Source: Pseudomonas phage vB_PaeS-D14O
DNA: 24,000 bases
Sequence record: BK061588.1
Strand: one strand, 5' to 3'
Shown: in pieces, positions 1 through 9,127 of the stretch
Position numbering within the stretch: the stretch's first letter is position 1
Layout of the letters: each line of letters starts with the position of its first letter
Made by a program: the position numbers and the translations under genes
The notes under the pieces: model-generated
The model's input: only the letters and a program-made list of their open reading frames with translations
Database searches by the model: none
Told to the model about the DNA's origin: nothing

Positions 1-2642
1 TCGATTGAGCTAATCAGCGCGGGGTAAGCAAAACGAGTGGACGTGCCAAAAAGCAGATGCGGCGGCTCAATGTCCCACGATGTATCAGGAGTGAAATCTA
101 GCGCCGGAACCACTAGGTGGTATTCGTCAAAACGACTAGCACTATAAGGACCGGAAAGCGTTCCATCAGGACGGCGAATAGCGACCACATAAGGACCAGG
201 AGCCGACCAATCAAATGGCTCGCTTGATTTTAATAGCCAGTTTGAACCGGTATTTATAGCGCTGAGCAATAGAGAGCTTTGCCCGAATCCTGGCACATCA
301 TCAGCAAGAGCAACATAATCCCAATACTCGCTATTCAGAGCATCAAGCTCAGTCGAGAATGTGTAGTTCGTCCTTCGGTACTTCTGAACCATACGACGCC
401 GCATACCGTATCGATAGGCTCTATTCCTGTCAGTGATTCCAGCGGCTTTGATTTTCTCAACCTTACGGCCCACATCTTCTGGAAGCCTGCATTGGATCGT
501 GTCTTCGATCCAGCCATTAGAGTTTGTGAACTCCACATCCACACCATCATAATCATCTTCTGATGGCGCGCTTTTGCCTATCTTTAGCGCCTGTGTCATG
601 TTCTGCGGCGTGTACATGTGTCCGTACAAAGTCCTCGGCTCGTCCCTGGCGGCGCTTATAACACCTCTTTTGATCGTCAGCTCAGAGAAACCAGCAGCCA
701 AAGCCTCTTGAAGAATCTGCTTTACAGTTATGCTGGTGCTGTCATAGATCATGTCGAACTTGTCGCCGCGCGATTTCCAAATCGCGTCAAGCCGGTCGAA
801 CTCTGCCAGGTCTATGTCGGAGTCTGTGTAGCCACGTTCCTTGGCCTGGTATATCACATAAGGCGCGATATCCCTTGTAGCCTGTTCAGGAAGCCAAACA
901 CCCCCTGACCTAACTGGAAGAATGCGGGTTGCCTCCACAGAAACACGGCTTTCGGTCTGAGCAGAAATCCTATCTGAAGACCTATATCTAATCCCGATAG
1001 TGGTTACATTAGCGTAGGACGAAGGAGCATTTAGCCTTGATCTGAGGCCATACCATTGCAAAGTGTCTCGGAACTCTAGCTCATTTTTACCATAGGGATA
1101 TCTTTGCCTAACCCTTATCTCTGCTCGCATTGCATATGGAAGAGTAAGCTGAGTAGTAAATCCTATTTGGTCTAGAGTCTGTGCGCTATGCGAATATTCA
1201 ATGGAAGTCCAGGCGCCCCCAATAGCCATATCACGATATTCGATAGTGTAGTACACCGCAAGTGGAGCCATATTTCCTTCTGAACCGATCCAAACCAGAC
1301 CGTTCGGACAGAACATATCCCACTCGACAACTCTGGTAACCTCCCCAGGCGGGCACACTGGGAAAGGCCCTCGATACCCACCTTGAAGATTTGAAGTGTC
1401 TACTGTGACTCTAGATATACTTGAATTCAGAGTAGAGAATCCTGGCCAAGTTGGGTCAGTAGCTCCGGCAGATGTAAGACGCTCGACGGTAATCTGATTG
1501 GAACTGTATGAAGTTATTCTATATCTTAGACCTCGAAGTCCAATTGCTGCATTCCCTGATCCAACCTGAAGCGCATTTACTGGAGATCCATTATCATAAT
1601 TCAAAGTCAAAGTAGTAGATGTAAGACTGTTTACAACATAAAGCCCTGAGTTAGACCCTACCACTTGTATCTGTGTTCCAACTGTAAATGCTAGCTGCGT
1701 TATATCACCAGAAATAGTATCTCTAGCACTTCCACCTCCATCCGTAACTGTATATGGATACATAGCTTCTACACGTAGAATAGTTCCTGGAACCCAGTCA
1801 GATGGGAAAGAACCTGCTCCAGATGGAATAATTATATTGTATCCAGAGAAAGTAAATGTTGTAGAACTAGGATTAGGAGTTAAAGATGTAGCCTCTGTAA
1901 GCTCAAGACCAGAATTTCCAGTTGAGCTTGCCCCAACCTCAGGAGCGCTATGCCACCAAACAGATGCGGGGTGTCCACTTACATTCTGTCCAGGCTCAAA
2001 TATTTGGAATGAAGCTTCTGCTCCGAGTGCTAGGAATGTAGTATCGCCGATCTTCACTCCGCCTTCGTCTATTTGGAATCGGCCTTTGCCAATGCAAAGC
2101 ATCATTTCCGTCCACTGCTCACGAGGGCCGGCAAAGTATCGACGAGGCGGAAGAATGTAGTCCGGATAGATCAATCTACGTCCAGCAACGTCCCTGATAG
2201 CGTCGCCCAGTTTCACCTTGTTCCCGCGCGGGCTTGAGTCTGCTAGAGACTCACCTTGCCCAGGATTGGCAGGCATGCCCGGGAGCTGCGGCATGAGCAT
2301 CCGAAACGCAGCCTGTACGCCTTTGAACAGCGCTGCCGTGATTGTGAACGGATCGGTTCCACGCGGCTCCGGGTAGATGCGAACAACATCGCCTCGCTCG
2401 ATGATTCGAGCGTCCCATTCGGATGGGTGGATCAGTTCCTCATGCGCGCGCTTCTGCGCATCACTTAAGTCTTCGCAGCGCTCAACCTCAGCAGGAATAA
2501 TCCCAATACTGATAGGCGGCCGCTCTTGATCCGAGTAGTTCTTTACGTTCTCGACCAGCCACGCGCGAATGGACATCGGACGGACGAGCGGATGCCGCTC
2601 CAGCGGCTCGCCGTCAAGCCTGCTCGGATAAATTTCGATCAC
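1..2642 (-). CDS. Tail-tip/host-specificity protein (TipJ/gpJ-like), C-terminus beyond left edge
   Basis: Open minus frame from a GTG at 2642 (VIEIYPSRLDGEPLERHPLVRPMSIRAWLVENVKNYSDQERPPISIGIIP...) to the window edge; absent from the ORF track because it has no stop inside the window. Follows the NlpC/P60-like gene in late gene order. Confidence 0.8.
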   Translation of the reverse strand, partial: MIEIYPSRLDGEPLERHPLVRPMSIRAWLVENVKNYSDQERPPISIGIIPAEVERCEDLSDAQKRAHEELIHPSEWDARIIERGDVVRIYPEPRGTDPFTITAALFKGVQAAFRMLMPQLPGMPANPGQGESLADSSPRGNKVKLGDAIRDVAGRRLIYPDYILPPRRYFAGPREQWTEMMLCIGKGRFQIDEGGVKIGDTTFLALGAEASFQIFEPGQNVSGHPASVWWHSAPEVGASSTGNSGLELTEATSLTPNPSSTTFTFSGYNIIIPSGAGSFPSDWVPGTILRVEAMYPYTVTDGGGSARDTISGDITQLAFTVGTQIQVVGSNSGLYVVNSLTSTTLTLNYDNGSPVNALQVGSGNAAIGLRGLRYRITSYSSNQITVERLTSAGATDPTWPGFSTLNSSISRVTVDTSNLQGGYRGPFPVCPPGEVTRVVEWDMFCPNGLVWIGSEGNMAPLAVYYTIEYRDMAIGGAWTSIEYSHSAQTLDQIGFTTQLTLPYAMRAEIRVRQRYPYGKNELEFRDTLQWYGLRSRLNAPSSYANVTTIGIRYRSSDRISAQTESRVSVEATRILPVRSGGVWLPEQATRDIAPYVIYQAKERGYTDSDIDLAEFDRLDAIWKSRGDKFDMIYDSTSITVKQILQEALAAGFSELTIKRGVISAARDEPRTLYGHMYTPQNMTQALKIGKSAPSEDDYDGVDVEFTNSNGWIEDTIQCRLPEDVGRKVEKIKAAGITDRNRAYRYGMRRRMVQKYRRTNYTFSTELDALNSEYWDYVALADDVPGFGQSSLLLSAINTGSNWLLKSSEPFDWSAPGPYVVAIRRPDGTLSGPYSASRFDEYHLVVPALDFTPDTSWDIEPPHLLFGTSTRFAYPALISSI

Positions 2643-3021
2643 GGTAGAAGATCACCTTGGTGTATTGATCGGTGAAAGTGCGTAATGGCGTTAGCGATAC
2701 GCCGCAGCCTGGATTCGTCTCCAGAACTCGCTGACGCCCATCTACATCGACAACCAGGCCAACATGCACGCATGCCTGCCCACGAAATGCCGCTGCAATT
2801 GCTCCAGGGAATGGCTGACATTCCTCTAGCGCCCGCTCTACCTCAGCGCGGTAAGAGCGCTGGAAGTCGAGAATCGACTTACGCGTAACCGCACCGAAGT
2901 CACTGAGCATGGGAAGACCGAAAAGCTCAGACCTAGCGATGATCGTCAGGCCCCAGCAATCCACGCGTGGCAGAGCCCTTCCGCCTTCCTCGTAGATGGC
3001 GGAGAGGTATCTGTTCGGCAT
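2614..3021 (-). CDS. NlpC/P60-like tail assembly peptidase
   Basis: 135 aa with catalytic-type VDCWGL and ACVHVGLVV motifs, located between tail-tip genes. Confidence 0.8.
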   Translation of the reverse strand: MPNRYLSAIYEEGGRALPRVDCWGLTIIARSELFGLPMLSDFGAVTRKSILDFQRSYRAEVERALEECQPFPGAIAAAFRGQACVHVGLVVDVDGRQRVLETNPGCGVSLTPLRTFTDQYTKVIFYRDRNLSEQA

Positions 3022-3025
3022 AGTC

Positions 3026-3514
3026 TTAGGGCCAGTATTTCAGTCCAGGGAAATTCAGTACGTCATAGATCAGCCGGCAAGCCGCAGTGTTGATTAGGTC
3101 GTAATATCCGGCCTCGACCTGGACAGTCACGCCTTCGAAATCTGCACCCTTCACACGCATTCGGTATGGCCTCTCAGCCGGCGCAGATAGGTCGGTGTCG
3201 AGATAGATCCGCAGCACCAACGTAATGGTCTCTCCAGCATCAATAGCCGCGTTGATACGCTGCTGGGCGATACCTATCACGTTGTCGATGGCGAACCCGA
3301 CAGACTGGTTCCCGCTGTTATCTCGCTTAGGGATTGATACATCGATGCCGGAAGCCAAAAAGGTCAGCGTGCGCCCATCCTCAGTAACGCAGGTCTGATC
3401 CTCGAAGCCCTGGCACACCAAGATAGGGTCAGCCCAGATAGGGCAAGTCAGCTCGACCGTTGCAATCGCGCATTCTTTCCCGCCAGAGGCGTAGAAGCGT
3501 TCAAGGATCGTCAT
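3026..3514 (-). CDS. DUF1833-like minor tail protein
   Basis: 162 aa; pattern SAPAERPYRMRVKGADFEGVTVQVEAGYYDLINTA...FPGLKYWP fits the phage DUF1833 family; gene order supports it. Confidence 0.65.
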   Translation of the reverse strand: MTILERFYASGGKECAIATVELTCPIWADPILVCQGFEDQTCVTEDGRTLTFLASGIDVSIPKRDNSGNQSVGFAIDNVIGIAQQRINAAIDAGETITLVLRIYLDTDLSAPAERPYRMRVKGADFEGVTVQVEAGYYDLINTAACRLIYDVLNFPGLKYWP

Positions 3515-3975
3515 GCTTCAGGCCATTCCCGGTTCATAGCGATATCAAAGATGTCTGGATGCAGGATGAATTCCGGAAGGATGGTCCAACCTGGATCAAG
3601 GATCGGGCGCTCACGCAGCTCTAGGGTCGCCGTGAAGTCCCAAAGCGAAAGGCTCCCACTCACCAGATCGGGGCCGTCGTAGATATCCGTGAATCGGGCT
3701 ACGTATGTCCGCAGACCATTCGGTGTTTCCGGCGTCTTGAGAGGGCATTCAAACCACTGCGAGCCATCAACCAACTGATCACGAAACCATGCCTCGAAGA
3801 GCATCGCCTCGGTATCAGTTAGCCGCCAACGGACAGACGCCATAGTTGGAACGCTGGTGAATCTACGCCGCTGCCTGGCACGCCCGCTTTGAAGCTCAGT
3901 ACGAGCCAGCGGGCTTACTGGGTTGAAACCATAGCCCTCGCGCAGTGGCGGACGAATGTTCGGGTACTGAATCAT
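3511..3975 (-). CDS. Minor tail protein
   Basis: 154 aa ORF with 4-nt overlaps on both sides, between tape measure and DUF1833-like genes. Confidence 0.55.
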   Translation of the reverse strand: MIQYPNIRPPLREGYGFNPVSPLARTELQSGRARQRRRFTSVPTMASVRWRLTDTEAMLFEAWFRDQLVDGSQWFECPLKTPETPNGLRTYVARFTDIYDGPDLVSGSLSLWDFTATLELRERPILDPGWTILPEFILHPDIFDIAMNREWPEA

Positions 3976-6341
3976 GTTCCGCTCCTGCGCACGCCAAACG
4001 AACTGCCAATAGCCTTAGACGAACGGCCATCACCGAGAAGGTCTGCCACCACAACATCAATGATGTACTGATCATCCTGGCGGCGAGTATTGACCTGCCC
4101 CGCGCGGCCGCGATCCTCAATCAGGTTTATGGTTGGAGCCCCTGCGCTTGCCTGATTACGCCGTACGTCATCAAGCGTCCGGTCTAACTTTGCACTTGTC
4201 TCTGCCGTCGTTACCCTCTCGCCCTTCTTGAGGTTCCAGGTCCCATCCTCAGGGACGGACATAATGCCGTCATGGGCCTGACCAGAGAGATTGACGTTCT
4301 TCACTGCTGCTACCTGTGCCAACTGAGCTGTAACCGCAGCAGCCGCTGCTGCAATACCAAGCGCTGGGCCAATGACGGGAATTCCCGCCATGGCCGCATA
4401 GGCATCAGACGCTGTCTTTGGAGCGTTCAGCAGGGTCTTCGCTATCGCATATGACTTCTCGGCAACGAATGCTGCCTTGTAGAGGCCGGATTGCTCTCCG
4501 AAGAAGCTCTTGGCCAAGCCGCTCAGATTTCCAAAGAACTGCTCATTGGCGCTCAACGTCACCTGCTGACGGGACCGCTCAATAGCGGCTAGGGCCTCTT
4601 CGTGTTCTTGCTTTAGCTTCAATTCCTGCTCATCCCATTGAGCAGTCAATTCAGCTTTAGCCTCTCGATTTGCATTCAGAAGATCGAGTTGGGATTGATA
4701 CCATTTCTCAAGCTCTTCCTCTGCTTTGTCGATCTTGTCGAGTTCACCCTGAGGCCCGGCGACTACAGCATCTGCGCCGCCGAAAGAGGGCGGAGCGGAG
4801 AATGAGTCAGAAACGATTCGCGAAGCGACACGATTTCTTTCCTCGTCGCTCAGCCCCTGCATTGCGTCAAGAACCGCAAGACGCTCTTTCGTTGTATCAA
4901 GCAGCCGCTCTTCGTCAGTCCTGAGGTCCTGGACAAGCTTCTTGTAGTCTTCCTGTGCCTTTTGCTGTTTCTTGAAGGACTCGACCGTCTCAATCGCCGC
5001 CTTTGCTTGCGCCAACTGCGAGGCAGTTGCCCCATCCAGCTCAAGGCGGTAGAGCTTCTGCTCGTCGGCAGTCATGCCGACAGTTGCAGCCTCCAGTTGC
5101 AGTGACGAAATAAGACTGGTGACTGCCTGTTGTCGACGCTTTGCGGCAGCTTCGACCTCTTTCCCCGGCGCCTCGAACGTCCCGGTCTTGTTCTTTTTCC
5201 TAAGATCATCGAGGAGCTTGGCTAGCTCTTTCACCCGGCCATTAACGTCACCAGTACCGGCGTTACCAATGAACTCAAGAACTTCGACGATCTTCTTACC
5301 GGAGCCGACCATGTCTTCGGCAAAAACCGAAGTGCTTGCTTTCACTCCGTCAAGATTCTGAACGAATCTCTTCGCCCACCCAGCCGGCCCGGAGGCGATC
5401 TCAAGCCATGTAATCCCCTCGAATGCAGAAGAGGCCACTGCCGCAGCGCCGGCAATCGACTTGCCTACAAGCTGGAAGGCTCCAACGGTGGCTACCGCCG
5501 CTCCGGCAACGAGCTTCAGCGTAGTGACAAGAAACTCCCCAACGGCGACCATCGATGTCCCTTCCTTTGAAACATCGAGTAGCTTCGTGGCGAAGTCGCT
5601 CAGCACGGGAATCAGCGCAGACGTAAGTTGGTTCTTGAGGCCCGTGGTGCTCTGCTCTACAAGCCAAGTGGCCGCCTGAAGCTCGCTAGCCGACTTAATC
5701 GTCTTCTCGTCGAGAATCGCGCCGGCGGCCTGGGCAGCGTCACCAAAGGTCTTGAATCCTTCAGCGTTATTGCGAAGCAACGGGAGCAGCGCAGTCGCAT
5801 CGCTCGCTATAGCCTCCAGATAGAAGGTCATGTCCGACTGGCTGACCTTGGCCTTTTCCAGGCTTGAGACGTACAAGCCAAGGGCCTGGGGACCGCTCAG
5901 GTTCCGGAACTGGTCTGCGGTCACGCCAACTTTAGGCGCTACGTTCTCGAAGAAATCGGCAAGCGCACCGCCGCCGGTATTGAGGAAGTCGCCTACCTTG
6001 TCGTTAACGTCCTTGAAGATGTCAGCAAGCTTCTCTTGCTCAATGCCAACCAGCTTTGCGCCAGCCGCATACTTCTGAAACTCGGTCGTGCTCGCATTGG
6101 CAACGCTAGCAAGGTTTGCGATTTCATTGGCATTGCGGACGGTAGAGACAGTGAGAGCGGCAAGCGCGGTGATGCCTGCCGCAGTGGCAGCGCCAATCGC
6201 AGCCCCCACCTTTGCCGCATTTTTCTCGACCTCTTTGCGCCACTTTTCCGACCGGCGCTCGGCGGCATCCATGCCGGCCACGAAGCCGCCAACCTTGGCG
6301 ATGAGATCAAGTGTAAGCGTCCCTAGGCTGCGTGATGCCAT
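3972..6341 (-). CDS. Tail tape measure protein
   Basis: 789 aa; long helical N-terminus, GALADFFENVAPKVGVTADQFRNLSGPQALGLYVSSLEKA, central hydrophobic stretches and a coiled-coil region; directly downstream of tail chaperones. Confidence 0.93.
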   Translation of the reverse strand: MASRSLGTLTLDLIAKVGGFVAGMDAAERRSEKWRKEVEKNAAKVGAAIGAATAAGITALAALTVSTVRNANEIANLASVANASTTEFQKYAAGAKLVGIEQEKLADIFKDVNDKVGDFLNTGGGALADFFENVAPKVGVTADQFRNLSGPQALGLYVSSLEKAKVSQSDMTFYLEAIASDATALLPLLRNNAEGFKTFGDAAQAAGAILDEKTIKSASELQAATWLVEQSTTGLKNQLTSALIPVLSDFATKLLDVSKEGTSMVAVGEFLVTTLKLVAGAAVATVGAFQLVGKSIAGAAAVASSAFEGITWLEIASGPAGWAKRFVQNLDGVKASTSVFAEDMVGSGKKIVEVLEFIGNAGTGDVNGRVKELAKLLDDLRKKNKTGTFEAPGKEVEAAAKRRQQAVTSLISSLQLEAATVGMTADEQKLYRLELDGATASQLAQAKAAIETVESFKKQQKAQEDYKKLVQDLRTDEERLLDTTKERLAVLDAMQGLSDEERNRVASRIVSDSFSAPPSFGGADAVVAGPQGELDKIDKAEEELEKWYQSQLDLLNANREAKAELTAQWDEQELKLKQEHEEALAAIERSRQQVTLSANEQFFGNLSGLAKSFFGEQSGLYKAAFVAEKSYAIAKTLLNAPKTASDAYAAMAGIPVIGPALGIAAAAAAVTAQLAQVAAVKNVNLSGQAHDGIMSVPEDGTWNLKKGERVTTAETSAKLDRTLDDVRRNQASAGAPTINLIEDRGRAGQVNTRRQDDQYIIDVVVADLLGDGRSSKAIGSSFGVRRSGT

Positions 6342-6390
6342 TACCGGGCTCCAATGAAAAAGCCCGGAATGATCCGGGCAAAACGAAGGA

Positions 6391-6663
6391 CTAGGCCCAG
6401 GTCTCGAGGGCCTGATCTAGACTGATTACGGGCTCTTCTTCATGCGGCATGAAGTCGTACAGCTTGTACGACTCCTTGCTGTGCGTATTGGCGTAGAGCG
6501 CGGCGAGCAATGCCGATCCACGCTCTACCCTCATGCCGATATGGAGACTCCCGCGCTTGCTCCGGAACTTGCACCAGCTCAGGAACTCCCGGTAGGTGAG
6601 ACGCGACTTGGCTTCTGCGATGGTTCTTCCGCCAATCCCGCACATCACCAGCTCATGCCACAC
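6391..6663 (-). CDS. Tail assembly chaperone, T-like part (expressed as a -1 frameshift fusion with the upstream ORF)
   Basis: Frame continues upstream of the annotated GTG as GDDQLSELDEVWHELVMCGIGG, in the -1 frame relative to ORF 6669..7034. Confidence 0.8.
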   Translation of the reverse strand: MWHELVMCGIGGRTIAEAKSRLTYREFLSWCKFRSKRGSLHIGMRVERGSALLAALYANTHSKESYKLYDFMPHEEEPVISLDQALETWA

Positions 6664-6668
6664 CTCAT

Positions 6669-7034
6669 CTAGTTCGCTGAGCTGGTCGTCTTTCCCAGGT
6701 TGTTCACCTCGGCGATAACGGTGAGCAGGGCGATGGTCAGGTTTCCATCCAGCGCGCCGCGACCGGGATCGGCCTCGCCGGTGATATCTGCCGGCGTGAA
6801 TACCGGCTTACCCTCTTCATCCACGATTGACGCAGCGATCCGACCCGCTACGCCATCCACCTTGCCATTCATTGCCAGAAGGTCAGAAACAGCGGTGCTA
6901 TACGACAGTGGCCGGACGTAGACGGTGGCGGTCAGTTCCTTGTCGCCCTGCTTCCAGGTGATCTCTTTTTCGATGGGGGCGCCGGTGAAGGCGCCAGCTT
7001 CTTTTAGGGAATCAATCGACAGATGCATGACCAC
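6669..7034 (-). CDS. Tail assembly chaperone, gpG-like
   Basis: 121 aa, between major tail protein and tape measure; ends ...VNNLGKTTSSAN with a slippery site near its end. Confidence 0.8.
   Translation of the reverse strand: MVMHLSIDSLKEAGAFTGAPIEKEITWKQGDKELTATVYVRPLSYSTAVSDLLAMNGKVDGVAGRIAASIVDEEGKPVFTPADITGEADPGRGALDGNLTIALLTVIAEVNNLGKTTSSAN
6690..6696 (-). promoter_or_regulatory. Programmed -1 frameshift heptamer G_GGA_AAG
   Basis: Minus-strand AAC CTG GGA AAG ACG contains G GGA AAG in the X_XXY_YYZ phase; stem ACCAGCTC/GAGCTGGT (6679..6686 with 6647..6654) starts 3 nt downstream. Confidence 0.85.
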
Positions 7035-7037
7035 TCC

Positions 7038-7559
7038 TTAAGCGGATTTGCGAATCCAGGCGGAACCGCCGGAGCGCTGAATGGTTGCGGTAGAGGTCAC
7101 CACAGCGTTGGCTGCGAAATCGAACGGGAAGTCGCTCACATAGCCGCGGAAGACGAACCAGGTACGCGTCGGCGGCAGAACGAAGTCCCAATCACCGTTG
7201 CTGTCCTGTGCCTCGGTTGGTGCAACGCCAATACCGTCAGACCAGCCAACCGCAAAAGCGATGTCCTGGTCGATCTGGTCGTCAGACTCGGACAATTGGT
7301 AGAGGCGGATATGGGAGCTGTTGCGCGGGTCAGCGTTGAGGGTCAGCGACGCCTGCCCAGGCGTGCGCAGTCCGCGCAGGTAGCGCCGAACAGTTTCGCT
7401 AAGGCATGTGGTTTCGATCTGGTCGGCGGGGTTGCCGCCGGGGTTGAACGCGGTTGCGCACTCGACCTCGATTGCTTCGTAATCACCAGTCGGGCTGCCG
7501 CTAGAATCTCTGGACGGAACCAGGGCATAGATCTGGGTTCCTTGAGCCAAAATTGCCAT
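7038..7559 (-). CDS. Major tail (tube) protein
   Basis: Frame of ORF 7038..7592 with a better start at [13 protein letters not shown] (ATG at 7559, AGGAGA upstream); position before chaperones. Confidence 0.8.
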   Translation of the reverse strand: MAILAQGTQIYALVPSRDSSGSPTGDYEAIEVECATAFNPGGNPADQIETTCLSETVRRYLRGLRTPGQASLTLNADPRNSSHIRLYQLSESDDQIDQDIAFAVGWSDGIGVAPTEAQDSNGDWDFVLPPTRTWFVFRGYVSDFPFDFAANAVVTSTATIQRSGGSAWIRKSA

Positions 7560-7592
7560 TGTGTTTCTCCTGTGGCGGGTTTCTTGAAGCAC

Positions 7593-7616
7593 AAAAAAAC
7601 CCGCTCAAGGCGGGTT
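7593..7616 (-). terminator. Rho-independent terminator upstream of the major tail gene
   Basis: Minus strand AACCCGC-CTTGA-GCGGGTT followed by T-tract (AACCCGCCTTGAGCGGGTTTTTTTG). Confidence 0.7.
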
Positions 7617-7633
7617 GGTCGGTATTGGTTGGT

Positions 7634-8005
7634 CTATCGCTGGACTATCCAGTCGACGTCAAAGCTGACTCGGTAGGTCTTGGTATCAGGGTCAACAGAT
7701 TCCCCTCCCCAGCGGACCACATAGGCTGAAAGCTCAATCGCATCCCTAATGGCCTTGGCGGCATCTCGAGCCTCCGCAGCAGTGGCCGAAAAAATGTCCA
7801 CTTGGATGGTGAACCCATCGGCGTCAGGACGGCCCCATAGGTAGTTCTCGGGCGATCCCGATATGGTCTGCCATGTTGCATACGGTTTGACGACGAGCTG
7901 GGGGGCCAGGCCAAACTGATACATCCTCAGCGGGGACGCGCCAAGGATCGCGGTAACAGCGGGACTACTTGAGCAGACCTTAAAGATTGGCGGGTACATA
8001 CTCAC
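7634..8005 (-). CDS. DUF3168-like tail completion/terminator protein
   Basis: 123 aa; MSMYPPIFKVCSSSPAVTAILGASPLRMYQFG...; position between HK97gp10-like and major tail genes. Confidence 0.7.
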   Translation of the reverse strand: MSMYPPIFKVCSSSPAVTAILGASPLRMYQFGLAPQLVVKPYATWQTISGSPENYLWGRPDADGFTIQVDIFSATAAEARDAAKAIRDAIELSAYVVRWGGESVDPDTKTYRVSFDVDWIVQR

Positions 8006-8496
8006 CCCTGTGCAGCCTTCTTGGCTGCGCGCTTGATGGCCCTATCGATGCCTTTCTCGTATTCAGATACGAAGGTGCTTGTGACTTCTGCGATGTTGTC
8101 TGCCAGAGCGCTTCGCATGAAAGGCTGAGCCCGCATGTCTTCTGTTCCGAACTCAAGAAGTCTCCAGTGCGGCGTCGGGGCATTCGCAGTCTTGTCCGAG
8201 CGCTCCCCTTTCTTGGGAAGAACGGCACCATGCAGAACGCCAATTCTGAACCCTAAGTCGCCCGTGCGTTTGAACAGACGACCGTTCCAGCGCAACGCGA
8301 TATTGTCGGAAATACTCCGGCCGGTTCCTGGATCGTCGATTTTTGCCGCGCCTTGTTTGGCTGCTTGCACTACGATCATTGCTGCCTTACGCAAAGCGGC
8401 GCGTCCTCCTCTCCGCTTCACGTCCTCCGTAACGGAGTCCAACTTTCCAAGCAGGGAATCCAGACCGGTAATGCTGAACTCGACGGTATCAGCCAT
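8002..8496 (-). CDS. HK97 gp10-like head-tail/tail completion protein
   Basis: MADTVEFSITGLDSLLGKLDSVTEDVKRRGGRAALRKAAMIVVQAAK..., typical HK97gp10 pattern; start chosen at MADT rather than MRSGDS. Confidence 0.8.
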   Translation of the reverse strand: MADTVEFSITGLDSLLGKLDSVTEDVKRRGGRAALRKAAMIVVQAAKQGAAKIDDPGTGRSISDNIALRWNGRLFKRTGDLGFRIGVLHGAVLPKKGERSDKTANAPTPHWRLLEFGTEDMRAQPFMRSALADNIAEVTSTFVSEYEKGIDRAIKRAAKKAAQG

Positions 8497-9127
8497 GGAA
8501 TCTCCGGAACGCAAAGCTGGTGATGCCTTCTCGGCCGAGGTCGGATTCTGCCTCGTTCATTTCCACCAGTTCGAAGCCCTGCCGCTCGCACCAGGCAACC
8601 AGGCCAGGGAGACTCCAATACCAGCAATGCTCTCCCGGCTTGTAATGCTTGGAGGCCAGGCAGTCGGTCTGATCCTTGTAGATCGGCATGGACACGAACA
8701 GCCACTCGCCAACATGGTCGAGCAGCTTCTCCGGCTCGGGAATGTGTTCCAGGCTGTCCCAGCAGGTCACGGCTTCTGCGTGGTGCTGGTACGGGTCGTA
8801 GTAGCGCTCCTGCGCCTTCAGCCAGTCCACCGCCTCCGGGTTCACGTCGAAACCCATAGCGCCGGACTCGGTGACGAAACGGCCTCCGCCGATACCGATG
8901 TCTACCACCTGGCCGGTAAAGTGACGGCGCACCAGATCAATACGGGCGCGGGTCAGCGCGGCGCCCATCGGGGTAGCGTCAAGCAGCTGGTACTTCTCGA
9001 AATACGGTCCCGTGTAGTCCATCGGAGGGCGCGGGTGGAAGCCCATGCCAAGCTCTTCAGACCAGAGCAGGCAGTCGGTCAGCCCAGGCGGCAAAGCGTG
9101 CGTCATGATCGGCGATCCTTTTGTCAC
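8489..9127 (-). CDS. Class I SAM-dependent methyltransferase-like protein
   Basis: Motif VVDIGIGGGRFV, acidic GFDVNPEAVDWL, CWDSLEHIPEPEKLLDHV. Start could be at 9106 (MTHALPPG). Confidence 0.75.
   Translation of the reverse strand: MTKGSPIMTHALPPGLTDCLLWSEELGMGFHPRPPMDYTGPYFEKYQLLDATPMGAALTRARIDLVRRHFTGQVVDIGIGGGRFVTESGAMGFDVNPEAVDWLKAQERYYDPYQHHAEAVTCWDSLEHIPEPEKLLDHVGEWLFVSMPIYKDQTDCLASKHYKPGEHCWYWSLPGLVAWCERQGFELVEMNEAESDLGREGITSFAFRRFHG

Noticed and set aside
7023-7676. 217-aa plus-strand ORF
   Set aside because: Antisense to the major tail gene and covers the minus-strand terminator.
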